The notes beneath the pieces were generated by a model, which saw only the letters and a program-made list of their open reading frames with translations, made no database searches and had not been told where the DNA came from. Positions 46,629 to 56,835 of a stretch of DNA of 64,000 nt are shown piece by piece; position 1 is the stretch's first letter, and every line of letters starts with the position of its first letter. The position numbers and the translations under genes are program-made. The stretch lies in contig CAYNSR010000004.1 in assembly GCA_964400125.1 (NCBI GenBank), forward strand, positions 99,391 to 163,390. Direction: 5' to 3'. Source of the stretch: an uncultured Micavibrio sp. GTDB taxonomy: Bacteria > Pseudomonadota > Alphaproteobacteria > Micavibrionales > Micavibrionaceae.

Positions 46629-47909
46629 ATGGTGATGACCAGACAAGATCGCCGCTCCATCCTGTCCTGGTGTCTTTACGACTGGGGAAACTCCGCTTTT
46701 GCGACCGTCATCATCACCTTTGTCTTCAGCGTTTACTTTGCGCGTGTCATGGTCGGCGATGAAACGGCTGGGGCGGCGCAGTGGAGTGCGGCCATCGCCG
46801 TGTCTGGCGCAATCATCGCCGTTCTCAGCCCCTTTCTCGGCGCGATTGCCGATTATTACGGATCGCGCAAGCCATGGATATGGTTTTTTACGTTGATCTT
46901 CGCTGCCGCGACGGCATTTTTATATCTGGGCGAACCACAGGCCGGACCGCACAATATTCTGTTCGTTCTGGCGTTGCTGGTCCTTGCGAATACCGCTTTT
47001 GAAGTCGCGCTGGTTTTTAACAACGCGATGTTGCCGCAAATCGCGCCCCGGGATTATATCGGGCGGGTTTCGGGATGGGCGTGGGGGATGGGGTATGCGG
47101 GCGGACTTGTTTGCCTGATCCTTTCACTTGTCTGTCTGGTCGGAATCGGCGACAGGCCGCCGCTTGTTTCGTTGCCCACAGGCGCATCGGAAAATATCCG
47201 TGCCGTCGGGCCTCTGGTGGCGGTGTGGGTGATGATCTTCACCTTGCCGATGATGTTTTATACGAAGGATATGCCGCGCACATCCCTGCCGATGGCGAAG
47301 GCTGTCGGCCTTGGAATTCGCCAGTTGGGGGATACGTTGCTGACGATTCGCCATCACGGCAATATGGTCCGCTTCTTGATTAGCAGTGCCATTTACCGGG
47401 ACGGATTGAATACGTTGTTCGCGGTCGGCGGTCTGTATGCCGCCGGAACGTTCGGCATGAGTTTTCAGGAGATCCTCTTTTTTGCAATCGGGCTGAATAT
47501 TACTGCAGGTCTCGGGGCGGCGGGATTTGCCGGGATGGATGATCTGAAAGGATCGCGGCAGACGGTCATTTTATCGCTGTGCGGGTTGCTGTTTTCCGGT
47601 CTGGCGGTCCTGATGGTGCAGGACAAGATTTTGTTTATCGGTCTGGCCATGGTGATGGGGTTGTTCATCGGTCCGGTGCAGTCTGCCAGTCGTACGATGG
47701 CGGTGCGCCTTTCGCACCCCGATCATGTGGGGCAGACTTTCGGGCTTTATTCGCTGACCGGGCGGGTGGTGTCGTTTTTCGGGCCCGCGGCCTATGCGCT
47801 GGCGACCTATGTGTTTGACAGTCAGCGCGCCGGGATGGCGATGATCCTGCTTTTCTGGCTGGTCGGGTTGGTGATATTGTGGACCGTCAGGGAACAGGAA
47901 GAAGAGTAA
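46629..47909 (+). CDS. MFS transporter (UMF1 family-like)
   Basis: CLYDWGNSAF N-terminal motif and about 12 TM segments. Confidence 0.7.
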   Translation: MVMTRQDRRSILSWCLYDWGNSAFATVIITFVFSVYFARVMVGDETAGAAQWSAAIAVSGAIIAVLSPFLGAIADYYGSRKPWIWFFTLIFAAATAFLYLGEPQAGPHNILFVLALLVLANTAFEVALVFNNAMLPQIAPRDYIGRVSGWAWGMGYAGGLVCLILSLVCLVGIGDRPPLVSLPTGASENIRAVGPLVAVWVMIFTLPMMFYTKDMPRTSLPMAKAVGLGIRQLGDTLLTIRHHGNMVRFLISSAIYRDGLNTLFAVGGLYAAGTFGMSFQEILFFAIGLNITAGLGAAGFAGMDDLKGSRQTVILSLCGLLFSGLAVLMVQDKILFIGLAMVMGLFIGPVQSASRTMAVRLSHPDHVGQTFGLYSLTGRVVSFFGPAAYALATYVFDSQRAGMAMILLFWLVGLVILWTVREQEEE

Positions 47910-47913
47910 GCTC

Positions 47914-48753
47914 ATGTCTATGGATTTAAACCGCGATATCGAACAATCAGCCGCCCGCGTGCGGGAGGCTTTGAAGGGGCTGGAACCGAAGATCGCCATT
48001 GTTCTCGGCTCCGGCCTTGGCGATCTGGCGGATCGGGTTGAAGATGCCACCCAGATTTCCTATGCCGATTTACCGGGCTTCCCGCGCCCCGGGGTTCACG
48101 GACATGCCGGGGTTCTGGTTTCCGGAACGATTGAGGGTGTCCCGGTGATCTTCCTGAAAGGGAGAGTGCATTTTTATGAAGGCGGCGATGCCGGGCCGCT
48201 GAAGGTCATGATTCGGACGTTGAAAACCGTCGGGATTGATACGATCTTTCTCAGCAATGCAGCCGGATCGTTGCGGCCCGAGGCCCCGGCGGGAAATCTG
48301 ATCGCGATTGCCGACCACATCAATATTTCCGGCATCAATCCGCTGACGGGACCTAATGACGACGACTGGGGCCCCCGTTTTGTGCCGATGGGGGATGCGT
48401 GGGACAAAGATCTGCGCGCCATGTTGATGCAGGCGGCGCGTACGCTCGATATTCCACTGATCGAAGGGGTTTATGCATGGCTTCACGGGCCGACATTCGA
48501 AACTCCGGCGGAAATACGCATGGTCAGGTCTTTGGGCGCTGACAGCGTTGGTATGTCGACGGTTCCGGATTGCATCATTGCAAGGCATTGCGGAATGAAA
48601 GTGGTCGGGTGTTCAGCCATTACCAATATGGGGGAAGGTCTGAGCGATGAAAACATCTCGCATGAACAAACGATCGAACAGGCCGCCATTGCCGGAGAAA
48701 AATTGTCACGCATCGTCGTCCGGTTTTTGCAGGACTGGCATCGGGGGGTTTGA
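47914..48753 (+). CDS. Purine nucleoside phosphorylase (trimeric PNP family)
   Basis: VLGSGLG, HGHAG and GMSTVPD motifs. Confidence 0.85.
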   Translation: MSMDLNRDIEQSAARVREALKGLEPKIAIVLGSGLGDLADRVEDATQISYADLPGFPRPGVHGHAGVLVSGTIEGVPVIFLKGRVHFYEGGDAGPLKVMIRTLKTVGIDTIFLSNAAGSLRPEAPAGNLIAIADHINISGINPLTGPNDDDWGPRFVPMGDAWDKDLRAMLMQAARTLDIPLIEGVYAWLHGPTFETPAEIRMVRSLGADSVGMSTVPDCIIARHCGMKVVGCSAITNMGEGLSDENISHEQTIEQAAIAGEKLSRIVVRFLQDWHRGV

Positions 48754-49506
48754 GTGGTTGCCATTCGTAAACTGATTTCTCCTAATTTCAATGATCGCGC
48801 CGGGGGTGTGACGCCGAGCATTCTGGTGTTGCATTATACAGGAACGGACGGGGCGGATGAGGCCGAAGAATATTATATGAACATCAGAATCGATCCCGGT
48901 GCCGGACAGATCAGCCCGCATTACATGATCGATTACGACGGTAGGATCACGCAATTCGTCGATGAGGAAAAGCGCGCCTGGCATGCCGGGCAGTCGTGGT
49001 GGGACGGTAAAGACGATATCAACAGCCATTCCATCGGCATTGAACTGGTCAACCCCGGGCATGAACGGGTTTATACACCCTTCACCGGCGCACAAATGGA
49101 TGCCCTTGCGGAACTGGCCCATGATATTCTGGGCCGCCATGCGATCCCGGCCTGCAACATTGTCGGCCATTCCGATATTTCCCCGGCGACCAGCCGGAAG
49201 AAACCCGATCCCGGAGAAAAGCTGGATTGGGCATGGCTGGCGATGCGGGGCATCGGCTTGTTCCCCGTGCCGGAAACATCCGATTTTGATGCTGCAGACA
49301 GGCTTTACACCGATGCCGCAAGCCTGCGGCGGGGATTGAACGCCTATGGCTATGATTCGCGCGTGAGCGACGCGGAGGCGGTTTCCGCTTTCCAGCGCCA
49401 TTTTCAGGCCGACGCCCATCATAATGGGTCTGCGGGCGTTCCCGACCGGGACACAGCGGCGCGGCTGCACTGGTTGCTGAACCGGAAGAATGGTTTTAAG
49501 GCTTGA
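48754..49506 (+). CDS. N-acetylmuramoyl-L-alanine amidase (amidase_2/AmpD-like) with C-terminal peptidoglycan-binding domain
   Basis: LVLHYTG, AWHAG and IGIELVN motifs. The C-terminal AVSAFQRHF...DTAARLHWLL resembles PG_binding_1. The GTG start abuts the PNP stop. Confidence 0.8.
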   Translation: MVAIRKLISPNFNDRAGGVTPSILVLHYTGTDGADEAEEYYMNIRIDPGAGQISPHYMIDYDGRITQFVDEEKRAWHAGQSWWDGKDDINSHSIGIELVNPGHERVYTPFTGAQMDALAELAHDILGRHAIPACNIVGHSDISPATSRKKPDPGEKLDWAWLAMRGIGLFPVPETSDFDAADRLYTDAASLRRGLNAYGYDSRVSDAEAVSAFQRHFQADAHHNGSAGVPDRDTAARLHWLLNRKNGFKA

Positions 49507-49540
49507 TCTTCGTATGCGAAACCGCCATGTTATCCCCGTT

Positions 49541-49916
49541 CAGAAAGACGGATGGCCGCTCCTCGGTGTTTCATCACAGAGGGGAGGAAAGTCCGGGCTT
49601 CACGGAAACACGGTGCCGGGTAACGCCCGGGCGGAGCGATCCGACGGAAAGTGCAACAGAAAATAAACCGCCGATGGCCGTCTCAGGACGGATCAGGTAA
49701 GGGCGAAACGGTGCGGTAAGAGCGCACCGCGGACCTGGCAACAGGGACGGCATGGCAAACCCCACCGGAAGCAAGACCGAATAGGGGCCGCATATGGGGT
49801 GTTTCCGCCTCGTGGTCCGGGTTGGTTGCTTGAGGTGTCTGGTAACAGGCATCCCAGATGAATGGTCATCATTCCGGCTTCGGCTGGATACAGAACCCGG
49901 CTTACAGTCTTTCTGG
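49541..49916 (+). ncRNA. rnpB: RNase P RNA, bacterial class A
   Basis: GAGGAAAGTCCGGGCT, ACAGAAAA, AAGGGCGAAACGGTGCGGTAAGAGCGCACC and ACAGAACCCGGCTTA. P1 pairing is CAGAAAGAC with GTCTTTCTG. Confidence 0.9.
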
Positions 49917-49946
49917 ATTACTATTTTGGGATATCCCGGAAATGTG

Positions 49947-49975
49947 AAAGGCCGCCTGCGAAACAGGCGGCCTTT
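49947..49975 (+). terminator. Rho-independent terminator after rnpB
   Basis: AAAGGCCGCCTG-cgaaa-CAGGCGGCCTTT followed by a T-rich tract. Confidence 0.6.
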
Positions 49976-50053
49976 CTTTCCCGGTTTTTAGCGTTCCCAG
50001 CGTTTTTGTTTTTATTCAGCCCTGCCACAGGTTTCCCCGTCAGGACCGGACCG

Positions 50054-50185
50054 CTAGCCCCAGAGTTTCTGGTAGATTTCGACCGCTTGGTCGAGTCTGG
50101 ACATCTGGCTGGCCGAATGCAGGATTGTCCCTACATACAGACCGCCATTGATGGACAGCACCAGAAGCAGAATGATTGCCAACAT
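50054..50185 (-). CDS. Possible 43-aa small membrane protein
   Basis: MLAIILLLVLSINGGLYVGTIL... is preceded by GGGGAGA 6 nt upstream of the ATG. No homology recognised. Confidence 0.3.
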   Translation of the reverse strand: MLAIILLLVLSINGGLYVGTILHSASQMSRLDQAVEIYQKLWG

Positions 50186-50705
50186 CGTTTTTCTCCCCAC
50201 ACACAACACACATCGGTTTTTTTCTTCACACACAGTTCCTTTGCAGGAACGATTATGTTTTACCATAACATTTAGAGGGGCGCAAGCAAATTGTGGTGCA
50301 AAATCAATGCTTTAGTAAAACAAAAGTTTAACTTATGAAAAAAACAAGTATAAAAAATGTGTTTGCGGATTTCTATGGTTTTCATAAGGATGAAAGAATC
50401 AAATTTTGAAGACGATAATACTGAAATTTTATTTCGTTTTATCTCTTGCGGCGGGCGAGCCGCGTTTTCCTTCCGGCAGAGATGTTTGCAAGGGGCGGGA
50501 CAGCGCGTTTCATCTGGGGAAAACCCGTGCTGTGTGCGGGGGATTGATTGACCGGAGGAATCCCGGCGCGTTATGCTTTCTCTATGGTTTCCGTTGTTCC
50601 TTTAGGACATGTGGGGATCACCTGCCAAACGATCATTCGATCCATCAACCCGATTTTATGGAAGACAGCATGCAAGGGCTTTGCCTTTCATGACGGTTTT
50701 CCGGC

Positions 50706-51695
50706 GTGTCTTTTCCCATGTCGCAATCTGCGTCACCCATTCCGCATGTTCCCGTGATGCTCGGCCCGGTGCTGACGCATCTGGACCCGCGTGACGGAGA
50801 AACCTATGTTGACGGCACATTCGGTGCCGGGGGATATAGCCGCGCTATTCTTGATCGGGCGGATTGTTGTGTCATCGCCATCGATCGTGACCCGGAAGCG
50901 CATTCCCGGGCGGCGGCGTGGCGCGATGTTTACGGGGAACGGTTGCGTTTGCGACACGGAAATTTCGGGGATGTCGCAACGCTGGTGGATGAAAAGGTGC
51001 AGGGCTTTGTGCTGGATATCGGCGTTTCGTCGATGCAGCTTGACCAGGCGGAACGAGGATTTTCCTTCCGTCATGACGGGCCGCTCGATATGCGCATGGA
51101 CCCGACGACCGGGGAAAGTGCCGCCGATTTCGTCAATACCTTGCCTGAAAAAGATCTGGCTGATCTGATTTACCGCTATGGAGAGGAGCGTCATTCGCGC
51201 CGTATTGCCAAGGCGATCATTGATGCGCGGGCCGGAAAGCCCCTGAGCAGCACCGGGGAACTGGCATCGGTCGTCCGCAGCGTTTTGCCGCGTAAAAAAC
51301 AGGACGATACAGATCCCGCGACGCGCACCTTTCAGGCATTGCGCATTGCCGTGAACGATGAACTGGGCGCATTGGAACAGGCGCTCGAAGGCGCAGAGTA
51401 TATTTTGGCCGAGGGCGGGCGTCTGGTGGTGGTGACCTTTCATTCTCTGGAAGACAGGATTGTAAAGAATTTTTTCAAGGCGCGTTCCGGCGATGTTCCG
51501 TTGCCATCGCGTCACCTGCCGATGGCGACGGACGCAGGGCCGGGACCGACCTTTCGGCTGGAGCCCAAAAAGGCCATCCTGCCGGAGGATGAGGAAATAC
51601 GGCGCAATCCGCGTGCGCGTTCGGCAAAATTGCGCTGTGCCGTTCGTACTGCGGCAATGCCGTGGCCGGCAAGGAAAGGCGGGGGGCAGTGGTGA
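50706..51695 (+). CDS. rsmH: 16S rRNA (cytosine1402-N4)-methyltransferase
   Basis: HVPVML and DGTFGAGGYS SAM-binding motif. First gene of the dcw cluster. Alternative ATG at 50718. Confidence 0.9.
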   Translation: MSFPMSQSASPIPHVPVMLGPVLTHLDPRDGETYVDGTFGAGGYSRAILDRADCCVIAIDRDPEAHSRAAAWRDVYGERLRLRHGNFGDVATLVDEKVQGFVLDIGVSSMQLDQAERGFSFRHDGPLDMRMDPTTGESAADFVNTLPEKDLADLIYRYGEERHSRRIAKAIIDARAGKPLSSTGELASVVRSVLPRKKQDDTDPATRTFQALRIAVNDELGALEQALEGAEYILAEGGRLVVVTFHSLEDRIVKNFFKARSGDVPLPSRHLPMATDAGPGPTFRLEPKKAILPEDEEIRRNPRARSAKLRCAVRTAAMPWPARKGGGQW

Positions 51696-52180
51696 AAATC
51701 CGTATCTCTTCCATCCTGATATTGTGTATCGCCGGTGTCGCCGGACTTGTCCTGTTCCAGACCAGCCAGAACGTGCAACGGGCGGAAGGCCAGTTGCACG
51801 ATGTCCGGGAAGCGCTGGTGAAGGAACGCGAAACGGTGCGGGTTTTGGAAACGGAATGGGATTATCTGAACCGCCCGGACCGCATCGAAGAGCTGGCGCA
51901 GCAACATTTGAAAATGCGCCGCCCCGATCTGGAGGCGCTGGTCAGCAACAGCCGTGGTGTACCGGTGCCGGGGGCGATGGTAATTCCGCGCCGGAAACCG
52001 GTGCTTGTGGCTCAGCCTGCCGCAGGTGCTGCCAAAGCGGGAGGCAATGTGTCGTCTAGCACGCCAGAATCCGGGGTCTTGCCGATGCCTGCGCCCGTCA
52101 CCAATGATACGCGCCGCGCTTTTGATGATCTTTTGAACCGGATGACGATGCAGGAACCATCTGCCGGGGGGGCGCCATGA
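51689..52180 (+). CDS. ftsL: Cell division protein FtsL (alphaproteobacterial type)
   Basis: Single TM segment (ILILCIAGVAGLVLF) plus a coiled-coil and the WDYLNRPDRIEELA motif. It lies between rsmH and ftsI. GTG start (alternative at 51662). Confidence 0.65.
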   Translation: MVKIRISSILILCIAGVAGLVLFQTSQNVQRAEGQLHDVREALVKERETVRVLETEWDYLNRPDRIEELAQQHLKMRRPDLEALVSNSRGVPVPGAMVIPRRKPVLVAQPAAGAAKAGGNVSSSTPESGVLPMPAPVTNDTRRAFDDLLNRMTMQEPSAGGAP

Positions 52181-53961
52181 GTTTGCCACCCCTGTTCCGC
52201 AGGCCATCTGAAAAACTGATCGGTGTACGTCGGTCTGCGCTCGAGATTGCGCGCGGGCGTCTGGTGTTCATGGGGATATGCTTCGCCTTCGTTTATATTC
52301 TGGTAGCGGCGCGCGTGATGGACTTGACCGTCATTCAGGGAGAATTGCCGCGTCTGGCAAAGACGCAGTCCGGTGAAATCTCCTTTGACGGACCTGCCGT
52401 ACAAAAGACCCTGCGTGCCGATATTGTCGATCGCAATGGTGTTTTGCTGGCGCGGTCGCTTGAAACAGCGGCGCTGGTGGCCGACCCGGCGCTGATTACA
52501 GAACCGGAAAAAGTTGCGGGAGACATTGTTGGAATCTTGCCGGAACTTAAATACGGCGACGTATTGAAGAAATTGCAGCAGACCAATAAGGAAAACAGGA
52601 AGCTGCGTTCTGTCCTGATAAAGCGTAATCTGACGCCAAACGATCAGTACAAGCTCCTTCTCCTCGGGCATCCGGGCCTGAACTTTTCCAAAGAAGAACG
52701 GCGAATTTACCCGCAAGGGTCGCTGACAGCGCATATGGTCGGTTATACCGATGTCGACGGCAAGGGCCAGGCCGGGATAGAGCGCAGCATGAATGACACG
52801 CTGGCGACCGGACGCGGTGCAATTCGGTCGACGCTTGATATTCGGCTGCAACATGTCGTGCGCCGGGAGCTCAGCCGCGCCATAAAAGATTTTAATGCCA
52901 TCGGCGGTGTTGGCGTCATTATGGATGTGCATTCCGGTGAAATTCTGGCCGCCGTGTCCGCGCCGGATTTTGATCCCCACGCCATTACCGAAAAAGATAT
53001 TCCCGCCTTGTTCAATCGCCTGACGCTGGGCGTGTATGAAATGGGATCGACATTCAAAATTTTTTCAACGGCGGCATATCTTGAAATCAAGAACCCGCCC
53101 ATCGGTCAGAGTTTCGATGCCAGGGAACCGATACAAATGGGACGGTTTTCGATCAGGGATTTTCATCCGGAGAAGCGTTATTTGACCATTCCGGAAATTT
53201 TCATGGTGTCGTCAAATATTGGCGCTGCACGCATGGGGGAGGCCATCGGTGCGGCGGCGTTGCGGGATTTTTATCATGATTTGGGCCTGCTTGATCCGGT
53301 ACAGGTGGAAATTTCAGAGATTTCAAAACCGCTCGTGCCCAATCCGTGGCGGGATATTCATACAATGACGGCATCTTACGGCCACGGCCTTGCGGTGACG
53401 CCACTGCAAACGCTGGCGGCAGCGGCAACGGTGGTAAATGGCGGCTTGTTGGTGCATCCGACACTGGTTATTCAGGATTTGCCCGAAAAAAACGGACGTA
53501 AAAACAAAAAAGAATCCAATATCAGGGTCTTGTCGGCGCAGACATCACATCGCATGCGGCAATTGATGCGTCTGGTGGTGGCGGAAGGCACAGCGAAAAG
53601 CGCTGATGTTGAAGGGTTTCAGGTTGGCGGCAAAACCGGGACAGCGCAAAAAACGGGGGGCGGTCGCGGTTATGACGGCACAAAGCGTCTGTCGTCTTTC
53701 ATCGGGGTTTTTCCGATGGGTGCGCCGCGTTATGCGGTCATGATTATGGTGGACGAACCCGTCGGCAACAAGGCCAGTTATGGCTATGCGACGGGAGGCT
53801 GGGTTGCGGCCCCGGCGGTCGGGCGCATCGTTGCTGCGATGGCTCCGGTTCTGGGGTTGGTCCCGCGAGATATCGCGCCGGAACAGGATTTGTCCGCGCC
53901 GCTGATGCCCTATGTGAGAACGAAGGAGGGACGGCACCTTGCTTCTGTCTCAACTGAGTAA
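52177..53961 (+). CDS. ftsI: Peptidoglycan D,D-transpeptidase FtsI (PBP3)
   Basis: STFK, SSN and KTGT motifs. Confidence 0.9.
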   Translation: MSLPPLFRRPSEKLIGVRRSALEIARGRLVFMGICFAFVYILVAARVMDLTVIQGELPRLAKTQSGEISFDGPAVQKTLRADIVDRNGVLLARSLETAALVADPALITEPEKVAGDIVGILPELKYGDVLKKLQQTNKENRKLRSVLIKRNLTPNDQYKLLLLGHPGLNFSKEERRIYPQGSLTAHMVGYTDVDGKGQAGIERSMNDTLATGRGAIRSTLDIRLQHVVRRELSRAIKDFNAIGGVGVIMDVHSGEILAAVSAPDFDPHAITEKDIPALFNRLTLGVYEMGSTFKIFSTAAYLEIKNPPIGQSFDAREPIQMGRFSIRDFHPEKRYLTIPEIFMVSSNIGAARMGEAIGAAALRDFYHDLGLLDPVQVEISEISKPLVPNPWRDIHTMTASYGHGLAVTPLQTLAAAATVVNGGLLVHPTLVIQDLPEKNGRKNKKESNIRVLSAQTSHRMRQLMRLVVAEGTAKSADVEGFQVGGKTGTAQKTGGGRGYDGTKRLSSFIGVFPMGAPRYAVMIMVDEPVGNKASYGYATGGWVAAPAVGRIVAAMAPVLGLVPRDIAPEQDLSAPLMPYVRTKEGRHLASVSTE

Positions 53962-55363
53962 TCGTCCCGCCGGGGTGGTGGACCCGGAAATCAGGGGGCT
54001 TGGCGCCGACAGCAGGAATGTCGCGGCGGGCTGGCTTTTTGCCGCGTTGCCGGGTGTACACCGTGACGGCAGGAATTTCATTGCCGATGCCGTGCGCAAC
54101 GGCGCGGTGGCGGTGCTGGTTCCCAAAGGCACAAATATTCACGAAGATGTTGCGGTGATTGAATCCGATCATCCTCATCACGATTTGAGTCTGATGGCGG
54201 CGCGGTTTTACGGGCGGCAACCGGAGCACATCGTTGCGGTCACCGGGACCAATGGAAAAACATCGACGGTGCATTTCACGCAACAGCTCTGGTCCGCGTT
54301 CCATCTGCCATCGGCCAGTCTCGGGACGCTGGGTGTACGCGGGAAGGTCACGCAGTCGGGGTCGATGACGACACCGGATACGGTTGTGCTTCATGCAATG
54401 CTGGCTGATCTGGACACTGCGGGGGTAACGCATCTGGCGATGGAGGCATCGTCGCACGGGTTGCAGCAATCCCGCCTTGACGGAGTCAGGATGCAGGCGG
54501 CAGGATTTACCAACCTGACCCGCGATCACCTCGATTACCATCCCGATATGCAATCCTATTTTCAGGCCAAGGCGCGGCTGTTCGCGGAAGTTCTGCCGTC
54601 GGGCGGGGTCGGGGTGTTGAACGCAGACGTTCCGGAATGCGTGCCGTTGCGGCATATCTGTGCGGATCGCGGTATTCGGGTCTGCGATTACGGTCAGGCC
54701 GCAAAAGAATTGTGTTTGCAGCGCCACACGCCATTGCCGCACGGGCAGGAAATTGTCATCGAGGTGATGGGGAATCGCCATACGCTGGTGCTGCCGCTGG
54801 TGGGGGCATTTATGGCGATGAATGCGCTTTGCGCGCTCGGTCTGGCCATGGCAACAACGGATAATGCCATTGACCCGCAATTTCTGGAGCGGGTGGAAGG
54901 TGCACCGGGGCGATTGCAACTGGTCTCAGATCGATCCGAAAATGGCGCTGTCTATGTCGATTATGCTCATACGCCCGATGCCTTGCAAAATATCCTTTCC
55001 GCCCTGCGCCCGCATACGAGAGGGCGTTTGATGTGTCTTTTTGGTTGCGGCGGCGACCGGGACCCCGGCAAGCGTCCGATCATGGGGCGCATTGCTGCGG
55101 ATATGGCCGATATTGTGATTGTCACCGACGACAATCCGCGCAGCGAAGATCCGGCCCTGATCCGCAAGGCGATTTGCGCCGGGGCGATACGGGACGTTCT
55201 CGAGATACCGGGGCGGCGCGATGCCATATATCAGGCGGTTGCGCGGATGCAGGCGGGAGATGTTCTGGTTCTGGCCGGAAAAGGCCATGAGCAGGGGCAG
55301 ATTTTCGCCGACCATGTCGAACCGTTCGACGATGTAAAAGAAGCAAGGAATGCGATGAAATGA
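53939..55363 (+). CDS. murE: UDP-N-acetylmuramoyl-L-alanyl-D-glutamate--2,6-diaminopimelate ligase
   Basis: VTGTNGKTST and DDNPRSEDP motifs. TTG start overlapping the end of ftsI. Confidence 0.9.
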   Translation: MLLSQLSNRPAGVVDPEIRGLGADSRNVAAGWLFAALPGVHRDGRNFIADAVRNGAVAVLVPKGTNIHEDVAVIESDHPHHDLSLMAARFYGRQPEHIVAVTGTNGKTSTVHFTQQLWSAFHLPSASLGTLGVRGKVTQSGSMTTPDTVVLHAMLADLDTAGVTHLAMEASSHGLQQSRLDGVRMQAAGFTNLTRDHLDYHPDMQSYFQAKARLFAEVLPSGGVGVLNADVPECVPLRHICADRGIRVCDYGQAAKELCLQRHTPLPHGQEIVIEVMGNRHTLVLPLVGAFMAMNALCALGLAMATTDNAIDPQFLERVEGAPGRLQLVSDRSENGAVYVDYAHTPDALQNILSALRPHTRGRLMCLFGCGGDRDPGKRPIMGRIAADMADIVIVTDDNPRSEDPALIRKAICAGAIRDVLEIPGRRDAIYQAVARMQAGDVLVLAGKGHEQGQIFADHVEPFDDVKEARNAMK

Positions 55364-55389
55364 AATATTTGTTTAAGAGGACAATTTGA

Positions 55390-56835
55390 ATGAACGACAA
55401 GGGATCACCCAATATGATCTGGAGTGCGGCGGAAGCCGCCAGGGCAACGGGAGGGCGCAGCCAGAGTGACTGGACGGCGACGGGCCTGTCGATCGATACG
55501 CGGACGATCAGGCCGGGCGATTTGTTCATTGCCCTGAAAGGGGACAGGCTGGACGGTCACGATTATGTCGGCGAGGCTCTGGCCAGAGGCGCTGGCGCGG
55601 CAATGGTCAATCATGTTCCTGCCGGTGTAAAACCGGATGCGCCGCTTTTGCTGGTTTCAGATACCTTTGCGGCCCTGCAGGCTCTCGGTCATGCCGGGCG
55701 TCATCGTAGCCACGCAAAAATCATTGCCGTGACCGGGTCCGTTGGCAAAACGGGCACCAAGGAAATGCTGGCGCAGGCGTTTGCGGCACTGGGGCAAACG
55801 CACGCCAGCAAGGGTAGTTTTAACAACCACTGGGGCGTTCCTTTCTCTCTGGCGTCAATGCATGCTGGTTGCGATTACGGCATATTTGAAATTGGCATGA
55901 ATCATTCCGGTGAAATTGCACCATTGAGCGGCATGGTCCGTCCGGATGTGGCGATTATTACAACCGTGGAACCCGTGCATCTTGAGAATTTTGCGTCTGT
56001 AGAGGCAATCGCCGATGCCAAGGCGGAGATTTTTGAAGGGCTTTCCCCTGCCGGAACAGCAATTATCAATCATGACAACCCGCATTACGCCCGCTTGCTG
56101 GCGGCAGCACGGACCAAAGGCGTGAATACACTCAGTTTCGGGGAAAGTGACGGGGCGGATGCGCGGCTGGAGGAATGTCTTCTAGCGTCCAATGGTTCGC
56201 GAATCCGGGCGAAGATCATGGATGAAGATGTCTCCTTTACCCTGCAAATTCCCGGGAAGCATATTGCCCTGAATGCCCTGTCGGTTTTGCTGGCCGTCAA
56301 GGCGGTGCATGGAAATCTGAAACCCGCGGTTGCCGCGCTTGAGAAAATCCAGCCGGTGGCGGGGCGTGGCAGCCGGGAAATGCTTGATATTGGGGATAAA
56401 AACAATCCGGTGGTTCTGATCGACGAGAGCTATAACGCCTCCCCCGTGGCGATGCGGGCGGCGTTCCGGGTTCTGGCGCTGGTCGATCCCGGACGCGGTG
56501 GCCGCAGAATTGCCATACTTGGGGATATGCTGGAACTAGGCGCGGATGGTCCGCGCCTGCATGCGGAACTGGCGATGCCGTTGCAGGCTGCAAATGTATC
56601 ACTAGTCTATACTTGCGGGCCGCTGATGAAAAATCTGCATGATGCGTTGCCGCCGCAAAATCGCGGGAATCATGAAAATACCAGCAACGATCTCGCCCGG
56701 ATCGTGCCGGATGTTCTGGTGCCGGGCGATGTGGTCATGGTAAAGGGGTCGCATGGCAGCCGCATGGACCTTGTCGTCGAGGCCATGCGAAAATTGCCGG
56801 GCCGGAAAAAGGGGGACCCAACAAGTGCTTTATAA
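55390..56835 (+). CDS. murF: UDP-N-acetylmuramoyl-tripeptide--D-alanyl-D-alanine ligase
   Basis: [13 protein letters not shown]-loop and dcw position. Confidence 0.9.
   Translation: MNDKGSPNMIWSAAEAARATGGRSQSDWTATGLSIDTRTIRPGDLFIALKGDRLDGHDYVGEALARGAGAAMVNHVPAGVKPDAPLLLVSDTFAALQALGHAGRHRSHAKIIAVTGSVGKTGTKEMLAQAFAALGQTHASKGSFNNHWGVPFSLASMHAGCDYGIFEIGMNHSGEIAPLSGMVRPDVAIITTVEPVHLENFASVEAIADAKAEIFEGLSPAGTAIINHDNPHYARLLAAARTKGVNTLSFGESDGADARLEECLLASNGSRIRAKIMDEDVSFTLQIPGKHIALNALSVLLAVKAVHGNLKPAVAALEKIQPVAGRGSREMLDIGDKNNPVVLIDESYNASPVAMRAAFRVLALVDPGRGGRRIAILGDMLELGADGPRLHAELAMPLQAANVSLVYTCGPLMKNLHDALPPQNRGNHENTSNDLARIVPDVLVPGDVVMVKGSHGSRMDLVVEAMRKLPGRKKGDPTSAL

Noticed and set aside
50406-50693. 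Short ORFs upstream of rsmH, considered as a degenerate mraZ
   Set aside because: The translations (for example MKTIILKFYFVLSLAAGEPRF... and MWGSPAKRSFDPSTRFYGR...) lack the duplicated DxxGR/KGR SpoVT-AbrB-type motifs of MraZ.
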